Positions 32,372-43,208 of a stretch of DNA of 64,000 nucleotides are shown here, one piece after another (positions within the stretch are counted from its first letter, which is position 1; each line of letters starts with the position of its first letter). The position numbers and the translations under genes are program-made. The notes beneath the pieces were generated by a model, which did no database searches, had not been told where the DNA came from, and saw only the letters and a program-made list of their open reading frames with translations. The stretch covers positions 1-64,000 of the forward strand of contig CAWBKP010000007.1 in the NCBI GenBank assembly GCA_963789395.1, given 5' to 3'. This DNA comes from an uncultured delta proteobacterium (GTDB lineage: Bacteria; Desulfobacterota; Desulfobacteria; Desulfobacterales; Desulfatirhabdiaceae).

Positions 32372-34432
32372 CTAGTTTTCGTCTTCCTGGGTGCAGAAAT
32401 ATTCGATGGTTTTTTGCGCGCAGGTCTTGCAGTAACCAAGTTTGGTCAGCATGGTCTGGATCATGCGGTCGTAGAGTTTTTGATTTTCCTCATTGGTCCG
32501 GTTGGCCAGGGCCCGATCAGGCTTCCGGCGCCGGCGATGTCGGATTTGAGGCGGACATCGGTCACCGCCTTGACCAGCTCCAGGTTATCCATGAAATCAT
32601 AATTGGGTTCAACGGAAATTTTCTGCCCGTAAATTTTGCGGATCGAGGTGCTGAATGTTTCCCGCTGTTCACGGGTTTTCAGGCCGAGCCGTTCTTCGAC
32701 GCTATTGATATAGCGCTCATCGATTTTCAGGGCCTTCAGTTCTCCGGTCTGCGGATCCTTGTATTTCCACATTTTGTCCGGGCCCAGATTTTCCGCATCG
32801 ATGCCGATGATCATGTTGACATAATTCATCACATCTTTCCGGATGGCCAGGGGTTCATCCATGTAGGCGTTGAACATTTCGGTCATGATGCGTTCCCGGT
32901 AGAGGCCCTTGGCGGTCTTGAGATCTTCGAGATATTTGGCCCGGTCGTTGGCATCGCGACACATAGTCCAGAATGACCCGTTCGATGGCGCTGAACACAT
33001 CATAGGCAAACATGCACTGGCCTTCGTTGGTCTCCGAGCTTTCCAGCATCAACTGGATGGAGCTGCCCAGATTCCGCTGGCCCAGTCCTTTCTGGCCGAA
33101 CCGTTTGGTGATGTCCGGGTCCTGGTTGAGGGTGTCGATCACTTCTGCCAGGGTCTTGATGCTCTTTTCACCGGCAACCTCGCCGGCGGCCAGTTTCATG
33201 GTCTCGATCGGAGTCAGTTTCTCGGAACGGGGAAGCCTGGAAAGGACGGCGGCCATGGATGCGGCATAATTGAGGTTCGGGTCCTGATGCAGATATTCAC
33301 GGGTCAGGGTGGTGTTGGTTTCGCTGCCGATGGCATAGGCGGTCAGGTCTTTCTGCAGCCGGTAATTGGTATTGTGCGACACATAGCAGAGCCGGCAGCG
33401 GTCAACGATGGGCGCCTCTTCTTTTTCCGCCAGAAAGCGGTTGAATTCGGAATTGTTGCTGGTGGCAATGATCAGGGTGTCGATCGGCCATTTGAAGCCG
33501 TCAATTTCGATGGTGCGGTTCTGGATGACGCCGAGATAGACCTGAACCAGATCTTTTTTGTTCTTGAAAATTTCATCGCTGAAATGGATGCCGCCGCCGG
33601 CAACCCGGGCCAGCGCGCCCCGGCGCAAATCAAACCGGTAGGGATTATTGGTGTCGCTGATATGCAGCAGGCGCTGAATGGATTCTTCTCCCAGAAGGTC
33701 GACCGCAGATGAGGTGATCTTGTCCTTGGCCGAATATTTCCCGGTAACGGTCCCCAGGCTTTCAATCAGCGGAACAGGGACGATCTCGACAAACTCCAGC
33801 ATTTCGGCGATCTCACCGCCGGTATGATTTCGGATATCATTCCACATGTAAGCCGTGCAGGCGCCGAGCGGGCGGTAGTTGTCATAAAGACTTTCGATCT
33901 CCCCGTCCGAAAAGCCGATTTCCTTGGATAAAAAAGCTCTGTTTTCATCCGGATCATCAAAGAGATTCATGGCCAGAATCATGGGGTCTTCATAAGTCTG
34001 GGATTCGATGGTGGCAATTTTGCCATAACTACCCAGCCTGTCCATATGGATAAACCGGAAAGTATATTTTCGGTTTTCTTCCAGATAGAGAAACTGCCGG
34101 TATTTTGTGCAGAGGAATTCAACAAAAAAGGTTTTTCCGTTACCGGGTTCTCCGACCAGGACATACGCCATTTCCTTGGATGACCCGCCTTCAGCCGCAT
34201 CTTTGACATAGGACACAAAGCTGTTGAGTTCATCGTACATGCCGATAATATGTTTTTTTCCGGAACGGAAGATACCGAAATCATAAGTGGTTTTTCCGTT
34301 GACCACCACTTTGCTGATCTCATCATTCAAAATCATTCTGGCAACGCCCTGAAAAGCATTCTCAAAGCATCGTTCACCGGATTTGACCCCAAACAGGTGA
34401 TGGTTCAGTGAGTTGGTTCGACCGTTGTCCAT
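32372..34432 (-). CDS. prkA: PrkA/YeaG-family serine kinase / AAA+ ATPase (frameshifts near 32960 and 32510)
   Basis: Walker A GEPGNGKT and Walker B IHFSDEIFK. The C-terminus MLTKLGYCKTCAQKTIEYF ends at TAG 32372. Confidence 0.88.
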
Positions 34433-34512
34433 TTGACCTCCCCTTCAGTGCCCCCCCCTTCAGTCATACAGCTGAAAGCGGAAATGACTTTGAATAAAAG
34501 TCCTTTCAATCC

Positions 34513-35043
34513 TTACTGTTTTTCACGGATAATAATCGAATAGCGATTGTCCTGTTCAAAGAAAAACTGTTCCACTTCGTAATCATGATTGGGAACCAGA
34601 TCCAGAACAACCCGGGATTTGGGTTCAGGCGGCGGATGAATTCCGGTCCGGATCTGCAAGACATATTTTCCATTAACGTCAATGGTGCGTTTAATGGTTT
34701 TTTCCATGCGAACATCCGGGAAATCGCAGTATATTCTCGGGACGTCTCCTTCAATCACCTGCGCTTCAGGTGGGAAAGGACCCGTCAGAGCGATGTCAAT
34801 GATTTCCTCGGAAGGCGATGTAATATTAGAATTAATTTCAAGAATTTTTTTAGATGACGTGTCTGTTCCTTTCCTGGAAGGCGCCGTGCTTTTTACTTTG
34901 GAGCCGGCTGCATAAGAGATGTCATTGAGCGGAATCTGTCCAACCATAAACAGCGCCAAACCCAGCAGCAGAATCCGGCCAGTTCTTAAAACGATCTGTC
35001 TGATACGAATAAATGCCATAAGTAAGCCTCCTGATACTGACAA
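34513..35043 (-). CDS. AMIN domain-containing exported protein
   Basis: Signal/TM segment, PRIYCDF, IRTGIH..P..KSRVVLDL. Confidence 0.75.
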   Translation of the reverse strand: MSVSGGLLMAFIRIRQIVLRTGRILLLGLALFMVGQIPLNDISYAAGSKVKSTAPSRKGTDTSSKKILEINSNITSPSEEIIDIALTGPFPPEAQVIEGDVPRIYCDFPDVRMEKTIKRTIDVNGKYVLQIRTGIHPPPEPKSRVVLDLVPNHDYEVEQFFFEQDNRYSIIIREKQ

Positions 35044-35485
35044 TACAACTCAACCCCGATTATTTACAAACTTTCCCAAAAATGATTCGTGAAACACCCG
35101 GTAGCTGTAACAACTTACCCAGTAACAGCAGTCGGAATCCATGCCGCTCCCTGGTGAATAAAGTTGAAGGTATGCGCAAGGCCGATGGTAAGCACTTGAA
35201 AAATGACATGAAAGACGGTGGTCTGAGCAAACTGGATTCTGGAAAGCAGAATGACATCCATGAGCGCCTCACAAAAAGTCCGGTTATGCCGCAAGGATTC
35301 AGTCTTTTTAACCCTCGTACAAGCAGGGGAGATGTCACTTTATATATGTTGTTAGTGACTCCGAGCTGTGAATGCTTATCGCATCAGCAGAACAAAATAC
35401 GCTTTGAATCACTTAGTCACAATTATCGGCTTTAGGGGTTTATTTCAAGTGAAATTTTAAAAAGCTTTTTCCATCAGCTGCGGGC

Positions 35486-35514
35486 TTGACAGCTTTGGGT
35501 GATCCTTATATGAA
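35486..35514 (+). promoter_or_regulatory. Putative sigma70 promoter of iorA
   Basis: TTGACA-17 nt-TATGAA about 95 nt upstream of the ATG. Confidence 0.4.
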
Positions 35515-35607
35515 TATGTCTTGGGTTGTTTTTTAAATACCGCTTTCTTCCTTGCAACGGGCAGTCCTTATCGATACGCGAAAATCTTTCCAAATGGAGG
35601 CCATGCG

Positions 35608-37482
35608 ATGAAATATATGGGTGACATGCTGCTGACACCGGAGCCTTTTTCTGAAATCGTGATGGGCAATACGGCGCTGGTAAGGGCCATGATCGAATCC
35701 GGAACCCGCGTTGTAACTTCCTATCCGGGTTCGCCGACTCCGGAAATAGCCGAAGCCATCAAAAGCATCCCCAAAGACCGGCGGCCATTCTACTTTGAAT
35801 TTTCCACCAATGAAAAAGTTGCCACCGAAGTGGCGTACGGGGCTGCTGTCAATGGACATCTTTCAACCGTATTTTTTAAAAGTGTCGGGTTGAACGTTGC
35901 CGCGGACTGTTTTGTCCAGCTGAGCATGATGAACATCATCGGTGGGATGGTCGTGGTCCTGGGAGATGATCCCGGCGCCAATTCCTCGCAGAATGAACAG
36001 GACAACCGCCATCTTGCCCGTCTGTGTTACACGCCGGTGTTTGAACCGGCATCTCCGGCCGAGGTATACCATTTTTATAGGAAAGCTGCCATGATTGCCC
36101 GGAAAATGGCCATGCCGGTCATTCTCCGACTGACCACCCATGTCTGTCACGCCAAAGAACGGGTGGCTTTTGACAAATGGCAGCCGGCCGAATGGGATCA
36201 TACACCCCGTTTTGATCCGCAAAACGGACCTTATATCCCGATTGCAGCGGCTGTCTTTCCCCTGAAACGAACGGCGCTGAAGCGATTGTCAGATGTAGAA
36301 GCTCTTGAAGACGCCGCGCTATTGAATCGGCAAATTGATAACAAGAATACCGGACGGGGAATCATTACCGCGGGAATGCCGTTCTTATCCGTAATGGACG
36401 TTCTATCCGACGTTACGGACAAGCCCGATATCCTGAAACTGGGAATGATCTATCCGCTTCCCCGAAAGCGCATTCGCCATTTTTTAAAGACCCATTCGGA
36501 AATCCGGATCATTGAGGAACTGGATGATATTCTGGAGAAGGACATCAAGTCCCTTGCCTTTGATGAGGCCATACCGGTGCGGATTACCGGGAAGATGGAT
36601 ACCGAGGACTGGGTGGGAGAGTACACGCCGGACAAAGTGCACGCGATGCTGTCCGGCGCCTGGCCGGATATGATTCAGGCCGCACCTGCCGTCAGCACCA
36701 GCGGCACGGACCAGGCTGCCGTTCCCCGCAGGCCGCCGCAGCTCTGCCCGGGCTGCGGGCATCGCAGCGCCTTTCATGCCATTAAAAAAGCCCTGAAAGA
36801 TACGGACATTACCGTTGCGGACATTGGCTGCCATACCCTGGGATTTCTTCCGCCCTATCAGGCAGGGCAGCTTCTGATGTGCATGGGGGCATCCCCCGGC
36901 ATGGGCGCCGGACTGTCCCTCTTCAATACGGAGCGAAAGGTTGTGGCTTTTCTGGGAGATTCAACATTTTATCATGCCGGACTTCCGGGGATTATCAATG
37001 CGGTTTTCAATCGCCACCCGATTACCCTTATTTTGATGGAAAACGGCACAACCGCCATGACCGGCCACCAGGATCATGCCGGATCCGGAAGAAATTTCAA
37101 TGATGTCACGGAGAAAATTCCGGTTCGAAAAGTACTGGAAGGCCTGGGAGTGAAGCATATCTTTGAAACCGACACTTATCAGCAGTCCGCTTTGACGGAA
37201 CAGGTTCGGGAAGCAATCGAGATTCCGGAGTTCAGCGTTGTCATCGCCCGCCACCCCTGTATGCTGAAATTCATGAGAGAACAGCGGAAAAAATCCGGAT
37301 TTGTGCCCAGAAAAGTCCGCATCGACCAGGACACCTGCCAGCGGATTCATGAATGCGTTGAAAAATTCGGATGCCCCACCTTTGTCCGCAGTCCGGACGG
37401 CAGGGTGGATATTAACCCGGATCTCTGCATTGGGGATGGTTCCTGCAAGCAAACCTGTCCGGTTACAGCCATTGTTCAATAG
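35608..37482 (+). CDS. iorA: Indolepyruvate:ferredoxin oxidoreductase alpha subunit
   Basis: RBS GGAGG, YPGSPTPEI, NEKVATE, KSVGLNVAAD, SSQNEQD, LCPGCGHR, DIGCHTL, TPP motif GDSTFYHAG..NGTTAMTGHQ and C-terminal ferredoxin Cys motifs. Confidence 0.92.
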   Translation: MKYMGDMLLTPEPFSEIVMGNTALVRAMIESGTRVVTSYPGSPTPEIAEAIKSIPKDRRPFYFEFSTNEKVATEVAYGAAVNGHLSTVFFKSVGLNVAADCFVQLSMMNIIGGMVVVLGDDPGANSSQNEQDNRHLARLCYTPVFEPASPAEVYHFYRKAAMIARKMAMPVILRLTTHVCHAKERVAFDKWQPAEWDHTPRFDPQNGPYIPIAAAVFPLKRTALKRLSDVEALEDAALLNRQIDNKNTGRGIITAGMPFLSVMDVLSDVTDKPDILKLGMIYPLPRKRIRHFLKTHSEIRIIEELDDILEKDIKSLAFDEAIPVRITGKMDTEDWVGEYTPDKVHAMLSGAWPDMIQAAPAVSTSGTDQAAVPRRPPQLCPGCGHRSAFHAIKKALKDTDITVADIGCHTLGFLPPYQAGQLLMCMGASPGMGAGLSLFNTERKVVAFLGDSTFYHAGLPGIINAVFNRHPITLILMENGTTAMTGHQDHAGSGRNFNDVTEKIPVRKVLEGLGVKHIFETDTYQQSALTEQVREAIEIPEFSVVIARHPCMLKFMREQRKKSGFVPRKVRIDQDTCQRIHECVEKFGCPTFVRSPDGRVDINPDLCIGDGSCKQTCPVTAIVQ

Positions 37483-38075
37483 ATAAAGTCGATGGTGTAC
37501 CAGTCGGTTTCAAAATCCCAGAGGGACACAAAGAAAAACACGTAATGCAGATAAAACGGAAGGGTGAGTTTGCTGAGCTTGGCCTTGGCCTTGACCTGAT
37601 ATTGCTTGCCTTTTTCCAGTTTGTTCAACTGGATTACCTTCAGCCCATCCACGTCGGACATCAATTTCTGTGCTTCCTGCAGGGACTGGGCAGTGCGGAT
37701 TCTGCCATTTTCCCACGAGCGTTCAACAACGAATTCTTTTTTCAGGTTGTTGTATTTGATTGAGTTGGAGATTTCAATATCGGCAATGGTCTTGTCAAAC
37801 CACATGGAACGTTTTTGATAGAGTTTGATGAAAAACGAAAATGATGCCGGCACGCCGCTCATGACGGCATTGACAGTTTGATCACGAAAGGCGCCTTCAA
37901 CGTTCAGATAGACCAGAAGGTCATTGCTGGTGTTGGTGACTATCAGGTTTGAAAGGGTGGCATCCGGGGCAGCGCTGGGGATCTGAACCAGAAAGATCAA
38001 AGTCATGAGAACGGCACCGGCCGATAGCATCAAACGGTTTGGCCGGACAGCTTTTGTCTTAGCAGCAGTTGGCAT
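37476..38075 (-). CDS. DUF4390 domain-containing protein
   Basis: Exported protein downstream of lpxC, ending WDFETDWYTIDFIY. Confidence 0.75.
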   Translation of the reverse strand: MPTAAKTKAVRPNRLMLSAGAVLMTLIFLVQIPSAAPDATLSNLIVTNTSNDLLVYLNVEGAFRDQTVNAVMSGVPASFSFFIKLYQKRSMWFDKTIADIEISNSIKYNNLKKEFVVERSWENGRIRTAQSLQEAQKLMSDVDGLKVIQLNKLEKGKQYQVKAKAKLSKLTLPFYLHYVFFFVSLWDFETDWYTIDFIY

Positions 38076-38958
38076 TGAACCCGTTCGTCTCGCAGCTCTT
38101 TGGAATCACATAAGTTTCCCAGGATGATTTTTCCGAAAAGAATTTTTCCAGAAAGGCATGATGAAACGCATGACCGGATTTATGGGTGACAATATGCCCA
38201 ACGATGGAAAGACCCAGCAGCGAAAAATCGCCAATGCAGTCCAGGAGTTTATGCCGGACAAATTCATCCTGAAATCTCAGTCCGTCCGTATTCAGCACGC
38301 AGTCCCTGTCCACTACAATCGCATTATCCAGTGACCCGCCCTTTGCCAGACCGACTTTCTTTAAATATTCAATTTCATGGAGAAAACCAAATGTACGGGC
38401 ACTGCAGACTTCCTTTTCGAAAATTTGGTCCGTCACTTCCATCGAAAATGTCTGTTTTTGAATCAACGGATGGTCATATTCTATGGAACAGGTGATTTTA
38501 TATGATGGAAATGGAAAGATGGAAACGGATTTGCCGTCTTTTTCAAGGGTAATGGGTTTTTTGATCACAAATACGCATTTGGGACCATCCTGTTCCACGA
38601 TACCGGCAGCCCGGATCAGCCGTGTAAATGGCGCCGCACTGCCATCCATGATGGGCATTTCATGCGCATCGACCTCAACCAGGGCGTTATCCACGGAAAG
38701 CCCTGCAAAGCTGGCCATCAGGTGTTCAATAGTGGACACGATAAACCCCTCAACACCGATAACGGTTGCAAGGCTTGTATCTACGACCCTGTTGAAACGG
38801 GCGGATATGCAGGGCGAGTCCGGAAGGTCCGTGCGGATGAATTTGATGCCATGATTGATCGGCGCGGGCCTGATTTTCAGGTTGACTTCCCTGCCCGAGT
38901 GGACGCCTACGCCGGAGCAGCTTACGGCGCTGGCTAAAGTTCTCTGGTGGCAATACAT
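38059..38958 (-). CDS. lpxC: UDP-3-O-acyl-N-acetylglucosamine deacetylase
   Basis: QRTL...GVGVHSG, TIEHLMA, PIMDGSA, ARTFGF, RHKLLDCIGD and KSGH. Confidence 0.97.
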   Translation of the reverse strand: MYCHQRTLASAVSCSGVGVHSGREVNLKIRPAPINHGIKFIRTDLPDSPCISARFNRVVDTSLATVIGVEGFIVSTIEHLMASFAGLSVDNALVEVDAHEMPIMDGSAAPFTRLIRAAGIVEQDGPKCVFVIKKPITLEKDGKSVSIFPFPSYKITCSIEYDHPLIQKQTFSMEVTDQIFEKEVCSARTFGFLHEIEYLKKVGLAKGGSLDNAIVVDRDCVLNTDGLRFQDEFVRHKLLDCIGDFSLLGLSIVGHIVTHKSGHAFHHAFLEKFFSEKSSWETYVIPKSCETNGFNANCC

Positions 38959-39175
38959 GCCACTCCTTTCTTCTGTTAAGGTCAAGTCAGGACTGTAACG
39001 CATACCTCTAATCATATAGACCATTATAAATTGTTTTTACAAGAAAAACCATCCCTTTTATACGAAAGGACCCCTTTTCTCAGCCCATAGAGAGCCGCCG
39101 GGTTTTTGCCTTTGAACAATATGCCAACAGGGAGCTGAACATATCCGTTTTCAAAAGAAACTTTTGTTGCGCTTA

Positions 39176-39204
39176 TTGACATTACCCCCTGTTTTAGATA
39201 GCAT
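39176..39204 (+). promoter_or_regulatory. Putative sigma70 promoter of the hydantoinase-HDAC operon
   Basis: TTGACA-17 nt-TAGCAT. Confidence 0.5.
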
Positions 39205-39287
39205 GATCGCCTGTTCAAACGAGAAAAGACGGTTTTCAAATACTTCCCCAATCGCAGCAAGGGTGTGAACGCTTTCAGGAAGATAAC

Positions 39288-40973
39288 ATGATAATCGGAC
39301 TGGATGTAGGCGGTACCTATACCGATGTGGTCCTTCTCGGCGATGAGGGAATTGTCAGGGCAATCAAGGTTCTTACCGATGCATCAGCGCTGTTCAACAC
39401 CGTATTGTCCGGACTGGAAAGCATTACCGAAGGCATTCCTCCCGAAAATATCCGCAGAATTGTATTAAGCACCACCTTGACCACCAACGCCATCGCCCAG
39501 GCCAAAATCTCCAATGTCGGCATGATTGTCTCCGGCGGTCCGGGAATCGATCCGGAGCTTTACCGAACCCACCCGCACTATGTCGCGGTTTGCGGCTCCA
39601 TCGATCACAGGGGCCGGGAAATCGAACCTGTCAACACCTGCGAAATCGAGACGTTTGCCCGTAATTTTGCAGCCGCAGGAATCCGGCATGTGGGTGTGGT
39701 AGGCAAATTCTCAACGCGGAATCCTCAGCACGAGATACGCATTCACGACCGGATTCAGCCTTATTTTGAAAAAGTTTTCATGGGCCATCAGATTTCCGGC
39801 AACCTCAACTTTCCCAGACGGATTGCCACAACCTACCTGAATGCCGCGGTTTACCCCATTCACAAACAGTTTTTTGAAGCGGTTCAGCAGTCTCTTGAGA
39901 AAAAAGGGCTGAAAATTCCCATTCATATCATGAAAGCGGACGGCGGCACCATGAACTTTGCCGCATCCATGGGATTTCCGGCCCAGACCATTCTCTCCGG
40001 ACCGGCCGCCAGCATTATGGGCTCATTGGCCTTTGCATTCGATGATGAAGAAAGCCTGGTCATGGATATCGGGGGAACCACCACGGATATGGCCGTTCTG
40101 GTCAACTACGTTCCGGTTTTAAATCCCCTGGGAATTTGTCTTGGCCCTTACAAGACCCTGATCCGTTCTCTGGAAAGCCATTCCATACCGGTTGGCGGAG
40201 ACAGCCACATCACCGTCCAAAAGCACGGCCTGCAAATCGGTCCGGAGCGCGTAGGGCCAGCCATGGTTTATGGCGGTCCCGTGCCCACACCCACGGATGC
40301 CCTGTGCATTTTGGGAAAGATTAAATGCGGGGACAGGCAAAAGTCGATTCAGGGGTTTGAACCCATTGCCCGTGATCTTGGCTGTTCCATCGAGTCCGCC
40401 GCTCTCAATGCATTTGACCTGACCTGCAGAACCATCCTGAGGGAAGCTCAGGTACTGATCGATCGCATCAACCAGAAACCGGTCTACACCATCCATGAAC
40501 TCCAGGAAGGATACCAGGTCAATCCCCGAAAGATTCTGATACTCGGCGGCCCGGCCCCGTTTTTTGCGCAGCATTTTGAGGAAATTTCCAGTTTCAGGGT
40601 TGGCGTCGTCCCCAGATGGGACGTGGCCAATGCCATCGGCGCCGCCCTTGCACGGACCACTTGCGAAGTCAGTCTGTTTGCCGATACCCAGCAGGGAATC
40701 GCCATGGCACCCGAAGAGGGATATACAGCCGCGGTAAACCAGGGTTTTTCAAATTCCGACGCCGTGCTCACCGCTGAAGCACTACTTAAAGAAAAAGCCG
40801 CCAGACAAGGCGCCAGCCCCGAAGAAATGGAAATGGAAGTCGTTGAGAACCAGCAGTTCAATATGGTCAAGGGGTTTTACACTGCGGGGAAAAATATTCG
40901 GGTAAAGGTGCAGATCAAACCCGGGCTGATTGATGAGTACGACACCATTGCCGGCATCCTCTCAACGGAGTAA
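39288..40973 (+). CDS. Hydantoinase/oxoprolinase A-family ATP-dependent protein
   Basis: GLDVGGTYTD, SGPAAS, DIGGTTTD, GGDS, GGPVPTPTDA and ANAIGAA. Confidence 0.9.
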   Translation: MIIGLDVGGTYTDVVLLGDEGIVRAIKVLTDASALFNTVLSGLESITEGIPPENIRRIVLSTTLTTNAIAQAKISNVGMIVSGGPGIDPELYRTHPHYVAVCGSIDHRGREIEPVNTCEIETFARNFAAAGIRHVGVVGKFSTRNPQHEIRIHDRIQPYFEKVFMGHQISGNLNFPRRIATTYLNAAVYPIHKQFFEAVQQSLEKKGLKIPIHIMKADGGTMNFAASMGFPAQTILSGPAASIMGSLAFAFDDEESLVMDIGGTTTDMAVLVNYVPVLNPLGICLGPYKTLIRSLESHSIPVGGDSHITVQKHGLQIGPERVGPAMVYGGPVPTPTDALCILGKIKCGDRQKSIQGFEPIARDLGCSIESAALNAFDLTCRTILREAQVLIDRINQKPVYTIHELQEGYQVNPRKILILGGPAPFFAQHFEEISSFRVGVVPRWDVANAIGAALARTTCEVSLFADTQQGIAMAPEEGYTAAVNQGFSNSDAVLTAEALLKEKAARQGASPEEMEMEVVENQQFNMVKGFYTAGKNIRVKVQIKPGLIDEYDTIAGILSTE

Positions 40974-40976
40974 TTC

Positions 40977-42296
40977 ATGCTGAAAGCCAGATACCGAACC
41001 GGTCTTGTTTTTTTCCCTGCCTTTGACTGGGCCATCAGTCCGACGCATCCGGAACGCGAGGAGCGTCTGTTGTACACGCAGGACCAGGTTTTTGAAGAAG
41101 GCGTTCTGGATATTGAGGGCATACGGGAATTCAAACCGGAACTGGTCACGGTTCAGGATGTTCAGCGGGTCCATTTCTGCATCCCGGATGTGACGGACAT
41201 CATGACGGAATCTCATTTTATCAGTGCAGGCGGCGCCAAAACCATCGGCAGAGCCGTGATGGACAAACAGGTGGACCGGGGCTTTGCGCTGGTCAGACCG
41301 CCGGGCCATCATGCCATGCGCATCGCCCATGGGGCCAGGGGCTTTTGCAATGTGAACATCGAAGCCATCATGATCGAATCCCTTCGAAAGGCATACCCCC
41401 TTCAGCGTGTGGCCATTGTCGACACCGACTGTCACCATGGGGACGGCACGCAGGACATTTACTGGCATGATCCGGATACGCTGTTTATCTCCCTTCATCA
41501 GGACGGCAGAACCCTTTATCCCGGAACCGGTTTTCCCAACGAAATGGGCGGACCCACAGCCATCGGCACCACGATCAACTATCCCCTGCCGCCGGAAACC
41601 TCCGAAGAAGGCTTTTTGTATGCCATCCGGAATGTGGTGCTTCCCATACTCGAAGATTTCAAGCCTGACATCATCGTCAATTCTGCAGGCCAGGACAACC
41701 ATTTTTCAGATCCCATCACCAACATGAATTTTTCCGCGCAAGGGTATGCAGCCCTGACCGAATTGCTGGCACCGGATATTGCGGTGCTGGAAGGCGGGTA
41801 TGCCATCGAAGGCGCCCTGCCCTATGTCAATCTGGGGATTATTCTGGCAATGGCCGGCATGGACTACAGCAAAATCAGGGAGCCCAATTACGACCCGCAG
41901 CGCCTGCGTCAGAAACCGGAGATCAGCCGCTGGATTCAACGCACCGGGGATCAGATTCTTTCGAACTGGCGTCAGCGGGATAAAATCAAAGCGACCGTTC
42001 AGGACACCCGGCGGTTTGCGGAACGCTCCCGGAGCATTTACTACGATACGGACAATATCTCTGAAAAACAGGCTGAAACCATACGGATCTGTTCCGATTG
42101 CGGCGGTGTGCTGCAGATTGATTCTTCAACGGACGGAGGAAGGCGGATTCTGGCGGTTCACATTCCCACCCGGGCCTGCAGACATTGCAGGGAATTGGGA
42201 TATGAGTGGTTTGACGCAGCAGACAAAAAGAAGTATAATGCCATCTATCTTCAGGATCGGCCTGAAGATGCCTATACCAAGATTGCGGGGGATTGA
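40977..42296 (+). CDS. Histone deacetylase family amidohydrolase with Cys-rich C-terminal extension
   Basis: HPER, RPPGHHA, GFC, DCHHGDGTQ, SAGQD, LEGGY and tail CSDC...CRHC. Confidence 0.92.
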   Translation: MLKARYRTGLVFFPAFDWAISPTHPEREERLLYTQDQVFEEGVLDIEGIREFKPELVTVQDVQRVHFCIPDVTDIMTESHFISAGGAKTIGRAVMDKQVDRGFALVRPPGHHAMRIAHGARGFCNVNIEAIMIESLRKAYPLQRVAIVDTDCHHGDGTQDIYWHDPDTLFISLHQDGRTLYPGTGFPNEMGGPTAIGTTINYPLPPETSEEGFLYAIRNVVLPILEDFKPDIIVNSAGQDNHFSDPITNMNFSAQGYAALTELLAPDIAVLEGGYAIEGALPYVNLGIILAMAGMDYSKIREPNYDPQRLRQKPEISRWIQRTGDQILSNWRQRDKIKATVQDTRRFAERSRSIYYDTDNISEKQAETIRICSDCGGVLQIDSSTDGGRRILAVHIPTRACRHCRELGYEWFDAADKKKYNAIYLQDRPEDAYTKIAGD

Positions 42297-42338
42297 AAAG
42301 CTCTCACCCGCGTCAGCGCCTTCACCCGGATCGGCTTT

Positions 42339-43145
42339 TTGTACATGCGTCAACATCTTCATAATTTAATACCGCCGGTTATCATCGGGCACCGCGGATA
42401 CCGTGCCGGATATCCGGAGAACACGCTGGCTTCTTTTTCGGCAGCCATGGCCGCCGGCGCCGACATGATCGAGCTGGATGTCACCCTCAGCAGGGACCGC
42501 CAGGTGGTGGTGATTCATGATGACACTCTGGATCGGACCACCAGCGGTTTTGGACCTATTCATCAGGCGACGCTTCAGGAACTCAGGAAGCTTGACGCCG
42601 GCAGCTGGTTTGATTCCCGTTTTGCCGGAGAATCCCTGCCCACACTGGAAGAGGTGCTGATACTGGCAGGGGGGAAAATCCGGATCAATGTCGAAATCAA
42701 GTCCAGCGCCTGGGAATCCGGCTTTCCAGAAGATGCCATTGAACGGCAGGTGATTGACCTGATCCGCCGGCATGATCTTCTGGACAGCACGCTGGTATCG
42801 AGTTTTCACGCCGGGTTTCTGGAAAACATCACGAATCTGCCGGTTCGCCCCGAAATTGCCTTTATCACGGATCGCTCCGCTCCCCCCGATATGCTGGATA
42901 CCTGTAAACGGCTGGGCGTTTTTTCCTGGCATCCCCATTTCAGGTCTCTGAATCAACAGCTTATCGACAGCGCTCATGCCCAGGGGCTGCGCATCTTTCC
43001 CTATACCGTCAATGCCATTGATGACATGCTGAAGCTGGTAAATATGGGCGTAGACGGCGTCATCACCGATGATCCGGGCACCGCCGTTGCCAGCCTTGCA
43101 GCTGACCGCAGGAATTCGGGGTCCATTTCACCGGCAAGAGATTGA
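42339..43145 (+). CDS. Glycerophosphodiester phosphodiesterase
   Basis: GHRG...PENTL, IELDV, HDDTLDRTT, NVEIK and GVITDDP. Confidence 0.93.
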   Translation: MYMRQHLHNLIPPVIIGHRGYRAGYPENTLASFSAAMAAGADMIELDVTLSRDRQVVVIHDDTLDRTTSGFGPIHQATLQELRKLDAGSWFDSRFAGESLPTLEEVLILAGGKIRINVEIKSSAWESGFPEDAIERQVIDLIRRHDLLDSTLVSSFHAGFLENITNLPVRPEIAFITDRSAPPDMLDTCKRLGVFSWHPHFRSLNQQLIDSAHAQGLRIFPYTVNAIDDMLKLVNMGVDGVITDDPGTAVASLAADRRNSGSISPARD

Positions 43146-43208
43146 AACTCAGGTGTTTCCCCTCACTCCTTTTACACGACATCACACTATAAATCCCAGG
43201 AACTGGAA

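Noticed and set aside
35262..35480. IS/MITE-like end GAGCGCCTCACAAAAAGTCC upstream of iorA
   Set aside because: No convincing matching inverted repeat, target duplication or transposase.
21270..43145. Patatin, glpD and GDPD as one phospholipid-degradation system
   Set aside because: The genes are scattered over tens of kb in different operons, with no linkage evidence.
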